A DNA stretch of 64,000 bases from an uncultured Nitrospiraceae bacterium (GTDB taxonomy: Bacteria > Nitrospirota > Thermodesulfovibrionia > Thermodesulfovibrionales > Dissulfurispiraceae): positions 320,001 to 384,000 of the forward strand of contig CAVPIW010000006.1 in the NCBI GenBank assembly GCA_963705105.1. Direction: 5' to 3'. How positions within the stretch are numbered: the stretch's first letter is position 1; each line of letters starts with the position of its first letter. A model generated the notes under the pieces. That model was not told the origin of the DNA. It ran no database searches and was given only the letters and a program-made list of their open reading frames with translations. Positions 9,741 through 19,795 of this stretch are shown here, in pieces. The translations under genes were made by a program, and so were the position numbers.

Positions 9741-10760
9741 ATGAACAAAGATAAATCGAAGGCCCTCGATATGGCCATATCCCAGATCGAAAGGAGCTTC
9801 GGCAAGGGATCGATCATGCGCCTCGGCGCGGGAGCGGTGCCGGAGGGCATGCAGGTCATACCGACGGGGTCCCTCGTGCTCGATATCGCGACAGGCATCG
9901 GCGGCTACCCACGGGGGCGCGTCGTCGAGATCTTCGGCCCCGAATCGTCAGGCAAGACGACCCTGGCCCTTCATGCGATCGCGCAGGCCCAGAAGAGCGG
10001 GGGCATCGCTGCATTCATAGATGCCGAACACGCCCTTGACGTGCACTATGCGGCCAGGCTCGGCGTGAATATCGAGGAACTGCTCGTCTCGCAGCCAGAC
10101 ACGGGAGAGCAGGCCCTCGAAGTCTCCGAAACACTGGTGCGAAGCGGCGCCGTCGACCTCATCGTCATCGATTCCGTCGCGGCTCTCGTCCCGAAGGCGG
10201 AAATCGAGGGCGAGATGGGTGATTCGCTGCCGGGACTCCAGGCAAGGCTGATGAGTCAGGCCCTGAGAAAACTTACGGCCGCAATTTCAAAGTCGCAGAC
10301 GACGGTCATGTTCATCAACCAGATCAGGATGAAAATAGGCGTCATGTTCGGCAATCCCGAGACAACGACGGGAGGAACGGCCCTGAAATTTTACTCCTCC
10401 ATGAGACTCGACATCCGCAGGATCGATAATCTCAAGGACGGTCAGGAGACCGTGGGCGGCCGTGTCAGGGTCAAGATCGTGAAGAACAAGGTGGCGCCTC
10501 CCTTCAGGCAGGCCGAGTTCGACATATATTTCAACGAAGGGATCTCCCGGGTCGGTGAGATCATCGATCTTGCCGTCGAGAAGAACATCGTCGAAAAGTC
10601 CGGGGCATGGTATAGCTACAGCGGGAGCAAGATCGGGCAGGGACGGGAAAACGCGAAGGAATACCTGAAGAGCAACCCTGAGATCGCAGCAGAAATAGAA
10701 GGGAAGATCTTTGACATGACAGACATGAAAAAGACGGGGACTGAGCCAGAGAAACCGTGA
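9741..10760 (+). CDS. recA: Recombinase RecA
   Basis: [36 protein letters not shown]. Confidence 0.99.
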   Translation: MNKDKSKALDMAISQIERSFGKGSIMRLGAGAVPEGMQVIPTGSLVLDIATGIGGYPRGRVVEIFGPESSGKTTLALHAIAQAQKSGGIAAFIDAEHALDVHYAARLGVNIEELLVSQPDTGEQALEVSETLVRSGAVDLIVIDSVAALVPKAEIEGEMGDSLPGLQARLMSQALRKLTAAISKSQTTVMFINQIRMKIGVMFGNPETTTGGTALKFYSSMRLDIRRIDNLKDGQETVGGRVRVKIVKNKVAPPFRQAEFDIYFNEGISRVGEIIDLAVEKNIVEKSGAWYSYSGSKIGQGRENAKEYLKSNPEIAAEIEGKIFDMTDMKKTGTEPEKP

Positions 10761-11233
10761 CGGACGATCAGGTCCCGGAGAAGGTGAAGGCCTATGCCCT
10801 CAGGCTTCTCTCGTACCGCGACAGGAGTGAACAGGAGATGGCGGTGAAACTCAGGCAGCGGGGATATTCACCGGAAACCATCGAAAAGACCATTGACGAT
10901 CTTCGCAAGGCCGGATTTCTTGACGATGGGAGACTGGCGCGGTATCTTGCGGACGATGCCCGGGAGCGACGGTGCCTCGGTGAAGGGGGGGTGAGGAATC
11001 TCCTCCGGAAGCGGGGCATTCCCAGGGATGTGGCTGAGCAAGTCACAGGCCGGGATGAAGACAGTCCCGAGCGGGCCGAAAGATTCATTGCAAGATATAT
11101 GCAGCGTCATCACGATGACGACGTGACGGCGGCGAGGAAAAAACTCTGGGGCCTGCTCATGAGGAGGGGGTATGTACCCGGGACAATCGCCAGGGCACTC
11201 GATGCCTATTTCGGAAGGGAGCGGGATCCCTGA
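10757..11233 (+). CDS. recX: Regulatory protein RecX
   Basis: [25 protein letters not shown]; overlaps the recA stop. Confidence 0.92.
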   Translation: MTDDQVPEKVKAYALRLLSYRDRSEQEMAVKLRQRGYSPETIEKTIDDLRKAGFLDDGRLARYLADDARERRCLGEGGVRNLLRKRGIPRDVAEQVTGRDEDSPERAERFIARYMQRHHDDDVTAARKKLWGLLMRRGYVPGTIARALDAYFGRERDP

Positions 11234-11282
11234 AGGTCTGTCGGCACATACTTGAGAATGTCAGGAGTAAAACCACACAATT

Positions 11283-11375
11283 TGTCATTCCGCAAGCCCC
11301 GGTCAAGCCGGGACAGGCTCCGCGCGTCGGGAATCCTTTTGAAAAGAGAAAGATTCCGGACAAGCCGGAATGACA
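11283..11375. repeat. Palindromic element family B (TGTCATTCCG...CGGAATGACA)
   Basis: 10-bp terminal inverted repeat, internal GGAATC/GATTCC stem; related copy at 33173-33264. Confidence 0.75.
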
Positions 11376-11407
11376 GAATCTTATACCGACCGTGGCTCTA
11401 TAAATGA

Positions 11408-11586
11408 ACCTTTCTGTTGCATGAAAAGGCGGGGCGAAGCACTCTGAAAACAGTGTCCGTGTGAGTGTGAGTGTCAGTGTCGGAAAAGATGTCCAATTCC
11501 CCTATGTCGCGATACAGGTGTCGCCGCAGCAAGGTTTTCGGCGCATACACCCCGCCTTTCCCGGGAGTGTATTGCAACGATAAGGT
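11408..11586 (-). repeat. Long-hairpin repeat family A, subtype II (reverse orientation)
   Basis: ACC..GTTGCATGAAAAGGCGGGGCG ... GTGAGTGTGAGTGTCAGTGTC ... AGGTGTCGCCGCAGCAAGG ... CCCCGCCTTTC ... TTGCAACGATAAGGT. Confidence 0.9.
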
Positions 11587-11640
11587 GAACCCATTAGAAT
11601 ATGGATAAACAGGGAAGATGTCTATAGCAGGAGGTGTGGA

Positions 11641-11997
11641 ATGCGGTTTCGTCTGTGCATGTCAGTCGTTCTCGGTCTCACGTTGCTGTTGCTCCTTGGG
11701 GGATGTACCAAATCGGTTCGATACACCCAGGAAGAGCTGAAGGAATTCCCTCCCGATGTGCAGGAGCGCATCATAAAGGGGGAGATCATGCTCGGCATGT
11801 CGACAAAGGCGGTGCGCTATGCCTGGGGAGATCCACGGTCGATACGGGTCCTTCCGTCCTGGGAGGGCAAATCCCGCGAGGAATGGATTTACGCGTCCAT
11901 GGGTTTCATCGAGACGCACAGGCTCCTTTTCACGGACGGTAAATTGACGTTCATCGTGCCGGAGCCGGAAAAACCTGCGGGACAGGACACAAAATGA
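11641..11997 (+). CDS. Small lipoprotein (SmpA/BamE-like fold possible)
   Basis: Lipobox LGGC; LGMS...V...WGDP...EEWIY; AGGAGG RBS. Confidence 0.7.
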   Translation: MRFRLCMSVVLGLTLLLLLGGCTKSVRYTQEELKEFPPDVQERIIKGEIMLGMSTKAVRYAWGDPRSIRVLPSWEGKSREEWIYASMGFIETHRLLFTDGKLTFIVPEPEKPAGQDTK

Positions 11998-14624
11998 GAA
12001 GCGGTGAGGTTCGGAAAACCTTTCTGGAGTTCTTCAGATCCCGGGGACACGAGGTCATCCGGAGCTCATCCCTCATTCCGGGCAACGACCCTTCGTTGCT
12101 CTTTACCAACGCCGGCATGGTCCAGTTCAAGGCGGTCTTCCTCGGAGAAGAGAAAAGACCTTACTCCAGGGCCGCGTCGTGCCAGAAATGCATGAGGGCC
12201 GGCGGCAAGCACAGTGACCTCGAAAATGTCGGCCATACGGCGCGACACCACACCTTCTTCGAGATGCTCGGAAACTTTTCTTTCGGCGATTATTTCAAGA
12301 AGGATGCGATCCTTTTCGCCTGGGAGCTCCTCACGGAATGGTACAGGCTCCCCAAGGACAGGCTCTGGGTCTCCGTTTTCCGCGACGATGACGAGGCCCA
12401 GGCCCTCTGGCAGGACCTCACGGGGATCCCGTCTTCCAGGATCGTCAGGCTCGGCGAGAAGGACAATTTCTGGCAGATGGGTGATACCGGCCCCTGCGGT
12501 CCCTGCTCGGAGATCATCATTGATCAGGGTGAGGACATGGGATGCGGCAAGCCTGACTGCGCCGTGGGCTGTGATTGCGACCGGTACCTGGAGCTGTGGA
12601 ACCTGGTTTTCATGCAGTTCAACCGCGATACATCAGGCATGTTGACCCCCCTTCCGAAACCGAGCATCGACACGGGGATGGGTCTCGAGCGGGTGACGGC
12701 GGTGCTGCAGGGCAAGAGGAGCAACTTCGATACGGACCTTTTCGCCCCCATCATCGAGGCCGTGTCGGCAAGGGCCGGCGTGTCCTACGGGAAGTCGGCG
12801 GAGACGGACATCTCCCTCAAGGTGATCGCCGATCACCTTAGGGCCACGGCCTTCCTGATCGCCGACGGCCTGATCCCCTCGAACGAGGGACGCGGGTACG
12901 TGCTGCGTCGTATTGTGAGGCGGGCGTCCCGGCATGCAAAGCTCCTCGGACTGGGCGGGGCCGTCCTCCATGAACTGATCGGATCGGTCGCGGAATCCCT
13001 CGGAGACATCTATCCTGAAATCGTTCTCGACCGGGAGCGGACCGCGAAGGTGCTGCGGTTCGAAGAGGAGAGGTTCTCAAGGACCCTCGAACAGGGCATG
13101 AAAATCCTCGACGACATCATCGGCAGGACCGTGAAGGGGGGAGAGAAGGTCGTGCCGGGAACGGAGCTGTTCCGGTTGTACGACACCTACGGGTTTCCCC
13201 TCGACCTTGCGAGGGACATCGCCATGGACAATCACCTGCTCATCGACGAAGAGGGGTTCCACCGTGAGATGGAGATCCAGCGGGAACGCGCTCGGGCCTC
13301 ATGGGTCGGTGAGGAGGAGGCGATCGCGTCCATTTACCGTGAACTGTCCGCAGAGATCGGCGAGACTGTCTTCACCGGCTATGACACTCTCGAGGCGGAG
13401 TCCGTCATCAGGGCGATGGTCAGGGACGGCAGGGTGGTGACGGAGGCCCTTGAGGGGGAAGATGTCGAGGTCTTTTTTGACAGGACTCCCTTTTACGGCG
13501 AATCGGGCGGCCAGGCGGGGGACGTGGGAATCATCACGAAGAACGGCACCGAAGCAGTTGTGGTCGATACGAAAAAAGAGGTCGGCCTCCATGCCCACGT
13601 CGTCCGGGTCAAACAGGGAGTCCTCAGGGTCTGGGAGAAGGTCACCTGCCGTGTTGACGAAGAGCGCCGCGTTGCCACGGCCAGGAACCATACGGCGACG
13701 CACTTGCTCCATGCTGCTTTGAGGGCGGTCCTCGGCGAGCACGTCAAACAGGCGGGTTCCGCAGTCTCTCCCGAGCGTCTCCGGTTCGACTTTTCCCATT
13801 TCTATTCCCTCGACAAGGCCGAGATCGAGGCGATCGAGGACAGCGTCAACGGGCAGATCCTTGATAACATCAGCCTCCATACGGAGGTCATGCCGATCAA
13901 CGACGCCCTGAAGTCCGGTGTGGTCGCGCTATTCGGGGAGAAGTACGGGGAGCAGGTCAGGGTCGTCAAAGTCCCCGGCGTGAGCGCCGAGCTCTGCGGA
14001 GGAACACACCGGCACGCCACAGGTGATATAGGGCTCTTCGTGATTGTCTCTGAGAGCAGCATCGCCTCGGGTATCAGGAGGATCGAAGCACTGACCGGGA
14101 AGGCGGCCTTCGATTTTCTGAGGGAGCAGAGGAACGAGCTCGACCGGATCTGCAGAACCCTCAAGACAGACAGACCCTTCGAGCGGGTCAATAAACTGCT
14201 CGCCGACCTGAGCGACATCGAGAAAGAGCGGGAATCACTCAAGGCGAAAATCGCCGCCCAGGGTTCTTCGTCCCTTATGGACGCCGTGCGGGAGATCAAC
14301 GGCGTCAAGGTGCTCGTTTCGAGGGTCGACGGGCTTGATCAGAAGGATCTCCGGGTCTATGCAGACACCGTCCGGGACCGTATCGGCTCCGGCGTCATCC
14401 TGCTCGCGTCTGTGAAGGACGGCCAGGCTTCCCTTATCGCCATGGTCACAAAGGACCTGGCGAAACGTTTCCATGCCGGTGAATTGCTCAAGTCCGTCAC
14501 GGCCCGGGCCGGGGGGAGGGGAGGCGGAAAGCCGGAAATGGCACAGGGAGGCATTTCCGGGATCGCTGACAGTGGACAGCTCGACAGCATTCTCGAATCG
14601 GTCTACGATCTCATGAAGGGCTGA
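11994..14624 (+). CDS. alaS: Alanine--tRNA ligase
   Basis: LLFTNAGMVQFK, HHTFFEMLGNFSFGDYFK, NHTATHLL, ELCGGTH, GGGKPEMAQGG. Confidence 0.99.
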   Translation: MRSGEVRKTFLEFFRSRGHEVIRSSSLIPGNDPSLLFTNAGMVQFKAVFLGEEKRPYSRAASCQKCMRAGGKHSDLENVGHTARHHTFFEMLGNFSFGDYFKKDAILFAWELLTEWYRLPKDRLWVSVFRDDDEAQALWQDLTGIPSSRIVRLGEKDNFWQMGDTGPCGPCSEIIIDQGEDMGCGKPDCAVGCDCDRYLELWNLVFMQFNRDTSGMLTPLPKPSIDTGMGLERVTAVLQGKRSNFDTDLFAPIIEAVSARAGVSYGKSAETDISLKVIADHLRATAFLIADGLIPSNEGRGYVLRRIVRRASRHAKLLGLGGAVLHELIGSVAESLGDIYPEIVLDRERTAKVLRFEEERFSRTLEQGMKILDDIIGRTVKGGEKVVPGTELFRLYDTYGFPLDLARDIAMDNHLLIDEEGFHREMEIQRERARASWVGEEEAIASIYRELSAEIGETVFTGYDTLEAESVIRAMVRDGRVVTEALEGEDVEVFFDRTPFYGESGGQAGDVGIITKNGTEAVVVDTKKEVGLHAHVVRVKQGVLRVWEKVTCRVDEERRVATARNHTATHLLHAALRAVLGEHVKQAGSAVSPERLRFDFSHFYSLDKAEIEAIEDSVNGQILDNISLHTEVMPINDALKSGVVALFGEKYGEQVRVVKVPGVSAELCGGTHRHATGDIGLFVIVSESSIASGIRRIEALTGKAAFDFLREQRNELDRICRTLKTDRPFERVNKLLADLSDIEKERESLKAKIAAQGSSSLMDAVREINGVKVLVSRVDGLDQKDLRVYADTVRDRIGSGVILLASVKDGQASLIAMVTKDLAKRFHAGELLKSVTARAGGRGGGKPEMAQGGISGIADSGQLDSILESVYDLMKG

Positions 14625-14715
14625 CGGGGATTTTCCCGTTGATCTTCTTGCGGCTTTTTGGTAAACTCTTTTTGGTTTTTCCCGACAATCAAATAAAAAG
14701 CCCAGGAGGTCCCGC

Positions 14716-15642
14716 ATGGATCAACAACGACGTGCCCTGAACATGATGCGTTTCATCGCCCTATTCCTAACACTGCTTCTCACTGTCATGACCTTCAGCG
14801 TGAAGGATGCGAGCGCGACGGAGTTCGGTGGCGGCGCCTATCCCAACGGTGCCGAAGACTTCATGAGCGGCGCATTGCCGCCTCCGGGCACCTATTTCAT
14901 CAATTACCTCACCTACTACACGGCCGATGAGTTCAAGGGCCTCAAGGACCCTCTCGGCAGGGACGTGGACTTCAGCGTCGACGTGATCGCCAACACCTTC
15001 CGGCTCATTCACGTCACGAAGTACAAGATCCTCGGGGCAGACTGGGGGGTGCAAGCCTTTCTTCCTTTTGTGTATGTGGATGCTTCTTTCCCCTTCGGCA
15101 GCGATGACAAGTTCAACATCGGCGACATCATCATCGACCCCATTCTTTTAGGCTGGCACACCAAGAACTGGCATTTCGGAGCGGGTCTGGACATCTACAT
15201 CCCGACGGGCGATTTCGACAAGAACGATCTGGCCAATACGGGCAGAAACTACTGGACCTTCGAGCCGGTCTTCCTCGTCACATTCCTGAGCGACGGCGGG
15301 TTTGAAGTATCGAGCAAGTTCATGTACGACTTCAACACGGAGAACGACGATACCGACTACCAGTCCGGTCAGGAATTCCATTTCGATTACACCATCGGCT
15401 ACAAGATCAAGAACTGGAGCCTGGGAATCGGCGGCTATTATTACAAGCAGACGACGAACGACGAGATAAACGGAGAGAAGGTTCAACCCGACGGTTTCAT
15501 GGGGCGTGTCTTCGCGATCGGACCTCAGGTCAAATATGATTATAAGAACATGGCCTTCACCCTGAAGTACCAGAAGGAACTGGATGTCAAGAACAGGCCC
15601 GAAGGCGACAAGTTCTGGTTCAAGTTCATGTATGCCTTCTGA
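14716..15642 (+). CDS. Outer-membrane beta-barrel, SphA/COG4313 (MetA-pathway of phenol degradation) family
   Basis: Signal peptide, YPNGAE..GALPPPGTY, IGDIIIDPILLGWH, PTGDFD, YQSGQEFHFDY, terminal F. Confidence 0.8.
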   Translation: MDQQRRALNMMRFIALFLTLLLTVMTFSVKDASATEFGGGAYPNGAEDFMSGALPPPGTYFINYLTYYTADEFKGLKDPLGRDVDFSVDVIANTFRLIHVTKYKILGADWGVQAFLPFVYVDASFPFGSDDKFNIGDIIIDPILLGWHTKNWHFGAGLDIYIPTGDFDKNDLANTGRNYWTFEPVFLVTFLSDGGFEVSSKFMYDFNTENDDTDYQSGQEFHFDYTIGYKIKNWSLGIGGYYYKQTTNDEINGEKVQPDGFMGRVFAIGPQVKYDYKNMAFTLKYQKELDVKNRPEGDKFWFKFMYAF

Positions 15643-15676
15643 TCGCTCTCACAGGCGCCTGTTTGACTGACTGAGA

Positions 15677-15729
15677 GGCGGTCCCGGTTGGATGCGTATC
15701 TCCAAATATCACTCCGAACCGGGACCGCC
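15677..15729. terminator. Strong stem-loop after the COG4313 gene (possible terminator)
   Basis: 13-bp stem GGCGGTCCCGGTT/AACCGGGACCGCC; weak U-tract. Confidence 0.4.
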
Positions 15730-15862
15730 GTTCTTCCTCCGCCGGCCGGCCGTGCCTTCCGCATGCGTGCAATGGACCTTTCCTTTAATGCCTTCCATTT
15801 GACTCATCATCGCGAATTTTGGTATTGTTTTTAGATATTCATTCCACAGAAGAGGCGTTCAA

Positions 15863-16255
15863 ATGGGAACTAAACCGGGTAAGAAACAGTCGTTGAAGGA
15901 CAATAAATACCAGGAGATAAAAAAGATTCTGCTACATCAGAGGGAAGCGCTTCTTTCAGGGGCGGGCGTGGCACTCAGTTCCCTCCCGAGTGAGGCGGTC
16001 TTCCCCGAGTTGGGCGATCAGGCATCAGCCGAGATCGACAGGAATTTCATGCTCCGCCTCAAGGGACGGGAGAGAAAGCTGCTCAAGAAGATCGATCAGG
16101 CCCTCGAAAAGATAGAAGGTAATACCTACGGCATCTGTGAGGCCTGTGGTGAAGAGATCAACATCAAAAGGCTCAAGGCGCGGCCCGTGACGACCATGTG
16201 CATCGAGTGCAAGACCGAGCAGGAGGAAGAGGAAAAGTTGAGGGAGGGGAGCTGA
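15863..16255 (+). CDS. dksA: RNA polymerase-binding factor DksA
   Basis: Coiled coil RERKLLKKIDQAL, YGICEACG...RLKARP...CIECK zinc finger. Confidence 0.9.
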   Translation: MGTKPGKKQSLKDNKYQEIKKILLHQREALLSGAGVALSSLPSEAVFPELGDQASAEIDRNFMLRLKGRERKLLKKIDQALEKIEGNTYGICEACGEEINIKRLKARPVTTMCIECKTEQEEEEKLREGS

Positions 16256-16304
16256 CTGAGACTTTTACCCCCTGAAGTTTGTCGTTCCCGTTCACTGAAC
16301 CTTC

Positions 16305-16335
16305 AAGGCCCGCAGTCTTCTGCCGGGCTTTTTTT
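16305..16335 (+). terminator. Intrinsic terminator after dksA
   Basis: AAGGCCCGCAG-TCTT-CTGCCGGGC followed by a T7 run. Confidence 0.7.
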
Positions 16336-16351
16336 CTGCCGGAACCATAAG

Positions 16352-16547
16352 ACCTTATCGTTGCATAGACCCTTCCGAAAGGCGGGGCGTATGCGCCGAA
16401 AAGCCTTGGTGCGGCGACACCTTAATCGTCCGAAAGACGAAGTTTCAACGCGATGGTCGAAAAAGTGAGTTTTTTACTGACACTGACACTCACACTGACA
16501 CTGTTTTTCAGAGCGTTTCGCCCCGCCTTTTCACGCAACTGCAAGGT
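16352..16547 (+). repeat. Long-hairpin repeat family A, subtype II
   Basis: ACCTTATCGTTGCA..GAAAGGCGGGGCG..GCGGCGACACCT..CTGACACTGACACTCACACTGACACTG..CGCCCCGCCTTT..GCAACTGCAAGGT. Confidence 0.92.
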
Positions 16548-16586
16548 AGGCTGCTGCAGGAAGGCAGGAGACGAAAGGATCCGACC

Positions 16587-17360
16587 ATGGAGAGACTGAT
16601 ACGCAAGCTCGGTTCGTGGTTTCTGTGCTCCGTCAGGACAACGGGACAGATGTTCCTTTTCCTCCTCAGCGCCCTCTCTTTCATGGTGCGACCACCCTTC
16701 AAATTCAGACAGCTTCTGCGGGAGATCCGCTTTATCGGGACGAAGTCCATGACGGTTATTCTGCTCATGGGATCATTCACAGGAATGGTTCTCGCCCTGC
16801 AGTCCTACCATACGCTCAGAAAAGTCGGATCGGAGGCCCTTGTCGGACCGGCCGTCGCTCTCACCCTGATCAGGGAACTGGGACCGGTTCTTTCCGCCCT
16901 CACTGTGACAGGCAGGGCGGGATCGGCTCTCACGGCCGAAATAGGCATCATGCGGATCACGGAACAGATAGACGCCCTCACCGCCATGGCCCTCAATCCG
17001 ATGCGGTACCTCATCATTCCCAAGATCGTGGCGGCCGTCATCGTCTTTCCTCTGCTCACCGCCATATTCGACCTGGTCGGCATCTACGGGGGCTATCTCA
17101 TCGCCGTCAAGCTTCTCGGACAGAGTTCCGGGACCTACTTCTCACAGATGCAGCATTTTGTCGATATGGAGGACATCAGAATAGGGATCTACAAGTCCTT
17201 CTGTTTCGGCATCATCGTTCTTTGGGTCAGCTGTTTCAAAGGTTTTTACACGGGCCATGGAGCCCAGGGGGTGAGCAGGGCTACGACCGAGGCCGTCGTC
17301 CTGTCATCGATTTTCATACTTGTCACCGACTATTTTATCGGAGCGTTCTTCCTGCCGTGA
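16587..17360 (+). CDS. mlaE: Mla ABC transporter permease
   Basis: RELGPVL..GRAGSALTAEIGIMRITEQIDAL; GAQGVSRATTEAVV. Confidence 0.95.
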   Translation: MERLIRKLGSWFLCSVRTTGQMFLFLLSALSFMVRPPFKFRQLLREIRFIGTKSMTVILLMGSFTGMVLALQSYHTLRKVGSEALVGPAVALTLIRELGPVLSALTVTGRAGSALTAEIGIMRITEQIDALTAMALNPMRYLIIPKIVAAVIVFPLLTAIFDLVGIYGGYLIAVKLLGQSSGTYFSQMQHFVDMEDIRIGIYKSFCFGIIVLWVSCFKGFYTGHGAQGVSRATTEAVVLSSIFILVTDYFIGAFFLP

Positions 17361-18103
17361 TCGAAATCAGGGACCTCCACAAATCCTTCGGTACGCAGCA
17401 GGTGTTGAAAGGCGTCGATCTCACCATCAACGATGGAGAACTCATGGCGATTATCGGCGAGAGCGGCGGGGGAAAGAGTGTCTTTTTGAAGCACCTCATC
17501 GGACTCCTGAAGCCGGACAGGGGGAGCATTGTCGTCGAAGGCAAGGACATCGTCGGCCTCAGGGGCGCCGAACTCGATGCGATCAGGGAGCACGTCGGGG
17601 TCGTGTTCCAGGGGGGAGCGCTTTTTGATTCCCTGACTGTGTATGACAATGTCGCCTTTCCCTTGAGGGAAAAGACACGACTCTCCCGTGAGCAAATCCA
17701 CCACAGGGTTATTGAGGCACTCGAGGACGTGGGCCTCATGGGCCGGGAGCAGAAATATCCGGCGGAGATCAGCGGAGGCATGAAGAAGCGGGTCGCCCTT
17801 GCGCGGGCCCTTATCTCGGAGCCGAAGATCGTGCTTTTCGATGAGCCGACAACGGGACTCGATCCCATAAGGCTCCACGCGATCCATCGCCTGATAATGG
17901 AAACTCATAAAAAATATCGCTTTACCGGCGTGATGATAAGCCACGACATCCCCGAGATTTTCGAGGTCGTCGACAGAATCGCCTTTCTCTGCAACGGGAT
18001 GATCGCAATCGTCGACACGCCCGCTGAAGTGACCGGGTCGACGGACCCCGTCGTGATCCAGTTCCTTCAGGGAAATCCTGAAGGCCCTATCGAAATACAT
18101 TAA
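17357..18103 (+). CDS. mlaF: Mla ABC transporter ATPase
   Basis: GTG start overlapping the mlaE stop; GESGGGKS, ISGGMKKRVALARA, LFDEPTTGLDP. Confidence 0.93.
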   Translation: MIEIRDLHKSFGTQQVLKGVDLTINDGELMAIIGESGGGKSVFLKHLIGLLKPDRGSIVVEGKDIVGLRGAELDAIREHVGVVFQGGALFDSLTVYDNVAFPLREKTRLSREQIHHRVIEALEDVGLMGREQKYPAEISGGMKKRVALARALISEPKIVLFDEPTTGLDPIRLHAIHRLIMETHKKYRFTGVMISHDIPEIFEVVDRIAFLCNGMIAIVDTPAEVTGSTDPVVIQFLQGNPEGPIEIH

Positions 18104-18130
18104 GATACGGAAGATACAGGAGGTTCATCC

Positions 18131-18571
18131 GTGAAGAAAATTGATCTCGAACTGGCTGTCGGTTTCTTTCTCCTTGTCGGCATCCTCTGCCTCGGGTATA
18201 TGTCTATCAAGCTTGGCAGGATGGAGGTGGTTGGAGGAGGATACCAGACACTCTATGCCGACTTCGTTCAGGCCGGCGGGATCAAGCCCGGCTCCAGCGT
18301 CGAGATAGCCGGCGTGGAGATCGGCAGGGTGAAAAGCGTGAGGCTTGAACAGTATCAGGCCGTTGTCGAGCTGTCGGTATCGAAAAGCGTCGGTATCCAG
18401 GAGGACTCCATCGCCTCGATCCGGACAAAGGGGCTCATCGGAGAGAAATTCGTCCAGATCACCCCCGGGGGCTCGGAGAAGCTTCTCCAGGACGGTGGGA
18501 AGATCAGGGAGACCGAATCGGCCATCGATGTGGAAGAGCTCATTTCGAAGTATGTTTTCGGCAAGGTGTAG
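18131..18571 (+). CDS. mlaD: MCE-domain protein MlaD
   Basis: N-terminal TM; GGIKPGSSVEIAGVEIGRV; IRTKGLIGEKFV..PGG. Confidence 0.95.
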   Translation: MKKIDLELAVGFFLLVGILCLGYMSIKLGRMEVVGGGYQTLYADFVQAGGIKPGSSVEIAGVEIGRVKSVRLEQYQAVVELSVSKSVGIQEDSIASIRTKGLIGEKFVQITPGGSEKLLQDGGKIRETESAIDVEELISKYVFGKV

Positions 18572-18594
18572 GCGCGGCCGTTCACCATGAATAC

Positions 18595-18808
18595 ACCTTA
18601 TCGTTGCAATAGGACATCCGGAAAGGCGGGATGAAGATGCCGAAAAGCCTTGGTGCTGCGAAACCTTTGCCTTCCCATAGGGATCATTTCAAGCGAATGA
18701 TTGATCGCATAAAAGATGGGATCCCGAATGTCCAATTTCAAATGATCATGCTCGCTATCAGCAAGGTATTGAGGCACTTCGTCCTGCCTTTTCATGCAAC
18801 AGGAAGAT
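18595..18808 (+). repeat. Long-hairpin repeat family A, subtype I (divergent)
   Basis: ACCTTATCGTTGCAAT..GAAAGGCGGGATGAAG ... TCAGCAAGG..CTTCGTCCTGCCTTTTCATGCAAC. Confidence 0.85.
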
Positions 18809-18834
18809 ACACATATGAAGAATAGAGGAGGTTC

Positions 18835-19461
18835 ATGATGAGGAAGAATCTGTTCGTAATCGTGCTTATCGGTATGCTTCTGGTCTGCTGGGCCGCCCGG
18901 CCGGCCCTGGCGGGAGAACCGACGACACAGGTGAAGACAACGGTCGACAAGGTCATTGATATCCTGAAGAACAAGGAACTGAAGAAACCCTCGAAGACGG
19001 AGGAGAGGAGGGCGATGCTCCGGCGGGCCGTCACGGAACGGTTCGATTTCGAGGAGATGTCGAAACGGACACTCGCTATCCACTGGCAGAAGAGGACGGC
19101 AGAGGAGAGAAAGGAGTTCGTCTCCCTCTTCAGCGACCTGCTCGAGCGTTCCTATGTCAACAAGATCGAGAGTTACACCGATGAAAAGGTGAACTACACG
19201 CAGGAGAATATTGAAGGGGAATACGCGCTCGTCAAGACCGTCATCGTCACGAAGAAGAACATCGAGGTCCCCATTGATTACAAGCTTATCCGGAAGAGCA
19301 CCCAATGGAAGGCATACGATATCGTCATTGAGGGTGTGAGCCTCGTCAACAACTACCGGGGACAGTTCAACAAGGTCATCAGGTCCCAATCCTATGAGGA
19401 ACTCGTCACGCGGCTCAGGAACAAGCAGGAAAAGGCGCTCTTCGAGGAGAAAACCAAGTAA
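18835..19461 (+). CDS. mlaC: Periplasmic phospholipid-binding protein MlaC/Ttg2D
   Basis: Signal peptide; FDFEEMSKRTL..W; WKAYDIVIEGVSLVNNYRGQF. Confidence 0.93.
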   Translation: MMRKNLFVIVLIGMLLVCWAARPALAGEPTTQVKTTVDKVIDILKNKELKKPSKTEERRAMLRRAVTERFDFEEMSKRTLAIHWQKRTAEERKEFVSLFSDLLERSYVNKIESYTDEKVNYTQENIEGEYALVKTVIVTKKNIEVPIDYKLIRKSTQWKAYDIVIEGVSLVNNYRGQFNKVIRSQSYEELVTRLRNKQEKALFEEKTK

Positions 19462-19464
19462 GAA

Positions 19465-19577
19465 CAGTGCGAGTGTGAGTGTCAGTGACAGTTCAGGGAA
19501 GACCCGAATAAGATAATGGTCAGTGCCGGTGTCAGTTTCAGAACGAACTTGACAGTCGGCGGCGAAACGCCTCAAAG
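19465..19577 (-). repeat. Degenerate hexamer array / family A fragment
   Basis: CAGTGCGAGTGTGAGTGTCAGTGACAG and GTCAGTGCCGGTGTCAGT, then GGCGAAACGCCTCAAAG. Confidence 0.55.
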
Positions 19578-19724
19578 TCTATAGACAACGATTCTGTCGG
19601 GTCTGCTCCACGGGCAGACCGTCTCATCACATGTCGGGCCGTTCGGGGAACGGCCCCTGCAATTGCCTGATTTTATCCTCTGCGTCATCCGCCGTTGCCC
19701 TTACACGATGGTCTTGCGATTATC

Positions 19725-19751
19725 TAAAGCTATGGCTATAAGTCCCGATCA
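19725..19751 (+). promoter_or_regulatory. Candidate sigma28 promoter of receptor 1
   Basis: TAAA(19725-28)-N15-CCCGATCA(19744-51). Confidence 0.65.
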
Positions 19752-19795
19752 TATATGAGAGGCACTTTATGCGGAGAATCTGCCGACGGAGGTCA

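Noticed and set aside
16616..17356. 495-aa ORF suggesting an N-terminally extended MlaF
   Set aside because: The extension is an alternate frame of mlaE; ABC ATPase sequence begins at GTG 17357.
18598..19575. Long antisense ORFs (also 1401-2495, 5474-6490, 8571-9551, 35710-36873, 43702-44985, 55352-56209)
   Set aside because: Shadows of recognisable genes on the opposite strand in GC-rich DNA; no motifs.
19580..19720. Hairpins upstream of receptor 1 as a cobalamin, TPP or c-di-GMP riboswitch
   Set aside because: Only short stems (GTCTGC/GCAGAC, GGGCCGTT/AACGGCCC); no conserved riboswitch core recognised, and they lie upstream of the candidate sigma28 promoter.
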